From Saprolegnia diclina VS20 (Eukaryota), in assembly GCF_000281045.1 (NCBI RefSeq), contig NW_008246081.1, positions 672,204-736,203 of the forward strand: 64,000 nt of DNA, in the 5' to 3' direction. Of this stretch, positions 59,118-64,000 are shown piece by piece. The notes under the pieces were generated by a model. That model was not told the origin of the DNA and ran no database searches. It saw nothing but the letters and a program-made list of their open reading frames with translations. Each line of letters begins with the position of its first letter. The stretch's first letter is position 1. The translations under genes were made by a program, and so were the position numbers.

Positions 59118-59953
59118 GATACGACGCTCTCTTCGCGCGTACTAGGTTACGTTGATATATATATACACATGAAACATCACAAACTAATCCAAAAACGCCA
59201 AACACAACCCTACCGCGTCCCCGCAAAAATGGTCGACGCTAGTGAAGTCGGATTTATCGAGGTAGACATTGTTGAGTAAGTTGAACAGACGGAGCAGAAA
59301 CAGACTCTTTCACAACGTATCGCCCTCTTCTTTGGCGACACGAACGACACACGACGTGCACCATGACGTGGCACCAGCTTCGAGCTCCGAGACGTCGAAA
59401 CACAGGCATTCCTGCCGATTCGAGCTCCGATTCTTTGCAGCGGCAAAGGTTCTGCCATCGTGTCAAAACGACTCTAGTAGATGCTACAACGTGTCGACGA
59501 AGCGAAACCGAGTGGCTAAGAGCGTAGTGTTGAGCACTTGAGCATCTGCCCGGCCCGTTAGTTGCACGGCAGGGCGGTCGCAAGCGGGCGGCTATGGACA
59601 GCGACACGCGTTTACCTTCTCACGTGTACAACGTAGGCATGTAGCACCGCACCCGTCTGTTTACTTGGACGCAATGTGTCTTGAGGCTACGAAATGAGGC
59701 CGGGATCGAGGTAGAAGCAGGAAACCGCTTCCAAGAGGCCGACCGACGTGGCTGCGCACACTGCGCGTACCGACACAAACGCAGCGCGTGCTCTTGTAGT
59801 AGCGATGCGCATCTTGCGTTATTTCGTCGGCGCTCGCCACAAAGGTACCAAGACATAGTTCTTATTTCCCCATGTCGCCACCAACCCGCATGTCTCGGCT
59901 TTGATCCAGAGTCTGAAGTGAGAGCATTGCACTTTGAATGAATCGAGTACAGT

Positions 59954-60151
59954 TTACTTGGTGGCGCTGAGGTGCTTGGAGAGCCGGGTGCGCACGTGCG
60001 TCCCGATACCTTGCAGCACGTTTACGAACGCGGGGTCGCGCACAAGGGCCCAGAGAAAATACAAAAGCATCGGTAGGTACAAACCCAGTTGAAGCCACGC
60101 CAGCATCGCAATCATGTCGTCGACAAAGGTTGGATCCTTGGCCTCCTTCAT
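59954..60151 (-). CDS. Small hypothetical membrane protein (65 aa)
   Basis: MKEAKDPTFVDDMIAMLAWLQLGLYLPMLLYFLWALVRDPAF...; one hydrophobic helix; no family recognised. Confidence 0.4.
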   Translation of the reverse strand: MKEAKDPTFVDDMIAMLAWLQLGLYLPMLLYFLWALVRDPAFVNVLQGIGTHVRTRLSKHLSATK

Positions 60152-60528
60152 CGTCGTCTGGGTGCGAGCGGCCACGACAACTGGCAGCAGAAATAGTCGA
60201 CTGCGAAGGCTATCCATCCGCCGCATCACTGCTTGTAAGACTCAAGCGCTTCTTCACGCTGAAACGTCATTTGCCAAACGAAGCGTCCCTTCACTGCAGA
60301 TAATCCTTCCGTTGCCGTTCCCAGCCGGTCGTTGCGCATGTTGCATCGACTGCACTTGCGCGTATCTCAAAGGAAAAGCAGCGAGTTCGTGGAGAGATGC
60401 AATAGAACGTGCTTGTCGATGCGGCTTTAGCTCTCGACGCCCATGAGCCTACTACGTGTATGGTGCATTGCTCGTGGTTGCAACATCGCTGGAAGGAGTA
60501 ATGTGACCAGATTTCACTGCGTTGTATT

Positions 60529-60954
60529 CTATGCACGCGTCTTTGTTGTCGGGACGAGGACACCAGCCCATTGGCCCGGGCCATCGAGGAACGTATCGTC
60601 CGGGTGTGGATCCATGATCGGCTCGAAGGCTTCGCCAGACGCTTCGACGCGCGCCACGACCACATGCCCAAAGTCGCCACGTGGCGACTTGCCGCGCAGG
60701 ACCACCGCGCTACCCGGCGGTAGGCGGCTCGCGTCAGCGGGCACGGAGCCATTGGCGGTCAACGTGATCTTCTCAAAGGTCAAACCCTGTGGCGCCAGAT
60801 AGCGGTTGATGGCTGCCATGTAGCCGGCGGGATCCAGAATGAAGTTCGGCACCGTGTCAAGCTCGACGCCTTGGAGAGACGCGATGCACGCTTGGAGGGA
60901 GTTGCCCTTCGCCGCCGTGAAGTCGGTCTGCCGCACTTGCCGGACGGTCGCCAT
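60529..60954 (-). CDS. Intronless 141-aa protein resembling phage/bacterial papain-like (C39-like) hypothetical proteins
   Basis: QTDF...GNSLQACIASL..VELDTVPNF...GKSPRGDFGHVVV...DPHP. Confidence 0.7.
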   Translation of the reverse strand: MATVRQVRQTDFTAAKGNSLQACIASLQGVELDTVPNFILDPAGYMAAINRYLAPQGLTFEKITLTANGSVPADASRLPPGSAVVLRGKSPRGDFGHVVVARVEASGEAFEPIMDPHPDDTFLDGPGQWAGVLVPTTKTRA

Positions 60955-61342
60955 TGTGAGAATGGCTCCCAAATGGTGTACACACAAATGAAATAGTGTC
61001 GAGGTTTCGCGATATTCCAGCACGCAGCATGCTTTGCTTGCACAAATCGAATCGACGCTTTGCCTTCCACGTGTTGTATGTATGTACGTACATCGATACG
61101 TCGTTCTAAGCGTCGTGCTCGGCCGCTTCGCCTGCAATGTCCCGTGCCCCACGCCAAACGGGTCTTGAATAGTGTATGTTTTAAATCAGGTATATGTGGC
61201 GTGTTCCCTCTTAATTCTGGTATAAAATGTGTGATTGGCCCATTTTATGAAATGGATGGTTTTTTGGCCAATGGCCTTCCGTGGCAAGAAATCGCGTCGA
61301 CGATGTATCTTTCGCCAGAATCTGTTTTCACCTGTGGCTGCC

Positions 61343-62811
61343 ATGCTCCTCAAGCTCTGCCTCCCGCTGCTGCTCGCTGCCTGCGCCGCCGCCGAGCACT
61401 GGGCCGTCATCGTCGTCGGCTCTACAGGCTACTGGAACTACCGCCACCAGGCCGATGCTTGTACCATCTCCGACGGTGATCCCTCGCCCGACTGACGCGC
61501 ATCTCTGTAGGTCATGCGTACCAAGTCGTGCGGAGCCATGGCATTCCCGAGTCCAACATTGTGCTCATGATGTACGACGACGTGGCCAACAGCTCGAGCA
61601 ACCCGTTTCCGGGCCAGCTCTTCAACCGGCCGACCTTGCGCCAAAGCGATGCCGTCGACGTCTACAAGGGCTGCAACGTCGACTACCGCGGCGACGACGT
61701 GCGTACATGCCCCGTAGTCCATAGCTAATGCATGCTCACGCGTAGGTGACACCCAAGAAGTTTTTGCAGGTGCTCCTGGGCGACGCGTCGGCTGGCGGCA
61801 AGGTGCTCAAGAGCACAGGAAACGACCGCGTGTTTGTCAACTTTGTCGACCACGGCGCGGCCGGCATGGTCGTCTTCCCGAATGCGAACCTGTACGCCCG
61901 CGACCTCGTCGAGACGCTCAAGACGATGCACGACCGCAAGCTCTACAAGGAGCTCGTCTTCTACATGGAAGGTAGCGTGTTTCCTCGCTCCGATCCTCGT
62001 GCATGCTCCTACTCTGGGTCTCGTAGCGTGCGAGTCGGGGTCCATGTTCAAGGACCTGCTTCCGACCGACATTAATGCGTACGTGACGACGGCCGCCAAC
62101 GAGAAGGAGTCGTCGTGGGGCACATACTGCCCGCCCACGTCGGACCACATTGGTACCAAGCTCCTCGGCACGTGTCTTGGCGACCTTTACTCGGTCAACT
62201 GGATGGAGGACAGCGACAAGAGCGACTTGGCCAAGGAGACGCTGGGCGAGCAGTATGCGCGCGTCAAGAAGCTCACGGACAAGAGCCATGTGCTCGAGTT
62301 TGGCTCGCCCACCATCCGCAAGGAGCCTGTTGGCGACTTTCAGTCCAACGACGACCACGACGTCGGACCGTTGCTGGTCGAGACGCTCGAGACGACGGCT
62401 GACGTTCCGCGCTCGAGCGTCGACGCCCATGACATTGAGCTCGTCACCAAGTTTTACCAGTACTTGCGCGCAGACGTCGGCGCGCGTGGGCCGCTTGCAG
62501 CCGCGTTGCTCGAGACTCTGCACGGGCGCGAGGTCGCGGACCGCGTCTTCAGCGACATTGTCCGCTTGACGATGCAGTCGGCGCCAACCTTTTCGATGAC
62601 GCGCGACGACACGTGCCTTCGCGACGTCAACACGGCTGTTGAAGCGCACTGCGGCCGGTTCTCGGACTACAGCGTCCAGTACGTGGCGCACCTCTCTGCG
62701 CTCTGCGCTGAGGGTTACGCGCCCAGCGTCATCGTCGCCCAAGCTGTCGCGGCCTGCAAGCGCCATGCGCACAAGAGCCGCGTGTTCGACCCGAGTCTTC
62801 TCCACCCCTGA
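61343..62811 (+). CDS. Legumain / vacuolar processing enzyme (peptidase C13)
   Basis: Signal peptide; [72 protein letters not shown]. Confidence 0.95.
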
Positions 62812-63306
62812 GCAGCCGCGCATCAAGGCGGCGATCTCGCCTCGATACGCTAAGAATGACCTTGAAAGTGGCGGTTCTCTGGATGCAGATTGAGTCGACC
62901 ACGTATTGTCAAGCCAGGAGCTATCTGCTTTGCAGGCAAGAGGACGCCCGCCAGTGGTGTCGCTTCTGCAGTGGCGGAGCCATTGGGTAGGCAGAGGTGG
63001 CTGCGAGTTGAACGAGAGGGTTAGGGGTCGTGGGCAGTAACGCAGAGCCGGGAACGGGAGCTGGAGTGTACAAGTTGTACATGCTGCAGAGGACCTGGAC
63101 GCGCCATGCGTCGTGGCGCTGCACGTCGTGGCGCTGCACGTCGTCCGTGGGGCGCTCGATGGTGAGCGCTGGGAGGCTGCGCTGGGGTGTGGAGGGCTGG
63201 ACAGTGCTGAAAGAACCGGATATGTGCGACCTATCCGGACACGGGAGGCGAGCGAATTTTCGCCAATCGAAACGCGCGGAACCAAAGACCACAGAAAGGA
63301 GCAAGC

Positions 63307-64000
63307 ATGGCCGACGCCCTGGACCAAGTCCGCGCAGCCGTGATCGCGAACCGGCCGATTGAGGTCGAGGGCAGCGACGTGGTCTTCTGCACCATCGACA
63401 CGGAGTCGGGCGCCAAGTCCGTGACGAGCCGGCTTCCCGGCGACACGCCGACAGCGTTCCACTCCAAGGCGACGAAGAAGAGCTACGACCTCCTCGCGGT
63501 CGTCACGTGCGTGCAGTACGCCGACCTGACGTTCGCCGAGTACCTGCCCAAGTGCCGCGCCATCTCGGCCAGCCTCGTCTCGACCGTCGACAAGAAAGAG
63601 CTCATCGCGTACCTCAAGGGTGACATTGACAGCTCCGTGCAGGTGTACGAGCCAACGACCGCGCCCAAGCGCAAGGCTGTCGATGACGCGCCGTCCGCGC
63701 CCGACGTCAAGGTGGCCAGTGATGTCATGCAGGGCTCGCCCAAGAAGAAGGCGAAGGAGACGCCGCTCCAAAATGCCCAGGACGAAGCGCTCAAGCGCAT
63801 TCTGGCGAGAGAGTACACCCACCGCGACCGGACGACCATGATGACGACGCCCAAGGTAGCCTCTCCATGCAGCGCTCGTCCGTATCAAGGGATCCTAGTC
63901 GTTTGAGAACGTGCTCACGATCTTCGAGACGCTGCTCAAGGAAGAAAAAGACAAGATGGACAAGTCGAGCGGCAAGCCGTCACTGCTCATGCACCAAGTC
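63307..64000 (+). CDS. CDC73: Parafibromin / PAF1 complex subunit Cdc73 (5' part)
   Basis: MADALDQVR...YDLLAVV...EYLPKCR...VSTVDKKELIAYLKG resembles the CDC73 N-terminal domain; ILAREYTHRDR; continues past window end. Confidence 0.7.

Noticed and set aside
61918..63888. 656-aa minus-strand ORF
   Set aside because: Mostly antisense to legumain and CDC73 exons; Arg/Val-rich shadow composition

Overview
Gene-dense, GC-rich eukaryotic DNA with many short GT-AG introns (mostly ~40-60 nt). The gene families present (M96-type array, Car/mucin-type Cys domain, oomycete-type G-alpha) point to an oomycete, probably Saprolegniales (inference). Most real genes are split across entries of the ORF track, so I rebuilt them by hand from splice sites; internal exon boundaries are approximate unless stated. 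1-19.4 kb: tandem array of 11 paralogous genes (10 complete, each 4 exons; copy 1 truncated by the window edge) with an N-terminal bZIP-like coiled coil (M96 mating-specific-like family), interrupted by one Myb gene. 20-64 kb: RNASEK/V-ATPase subunit f-like, MYND finger, phosducin-like TXNDC9, COMM protein, FAR1/ZSWIM3-N-like protein, LTA4H, stand-alone YVH1/DUSP12 zinc domain, an RxLR-bearing acidic-repeat membrane protein, a Cys-rich secreted repeat protein, SPATA17, tubby, an LRR protein, PH-C2-INPP4, a ~2,000-aa four-repeat cyclic-nucleotide-gated channel, a tandem pair of NYN(PIN-like)-RRM-RRM genes, UreD, GPA1, an intronless phage-like peptidase-fold gene, legumain and partial CDC73. Best leads: (1) the NYN-RRM-RRM pair, whose nuclease domain is hidden in eight tiny exons, with one copy lacking a conserved Asp; (2) the single-chain four-repeat CNG channel with an asymmetric filter; (3) the bZIP-like array with graded loss of the basic region. 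No rRNA, tRNA, CRISPR array or intact transposon was found. All family calls are from motif recognition, not database searches.
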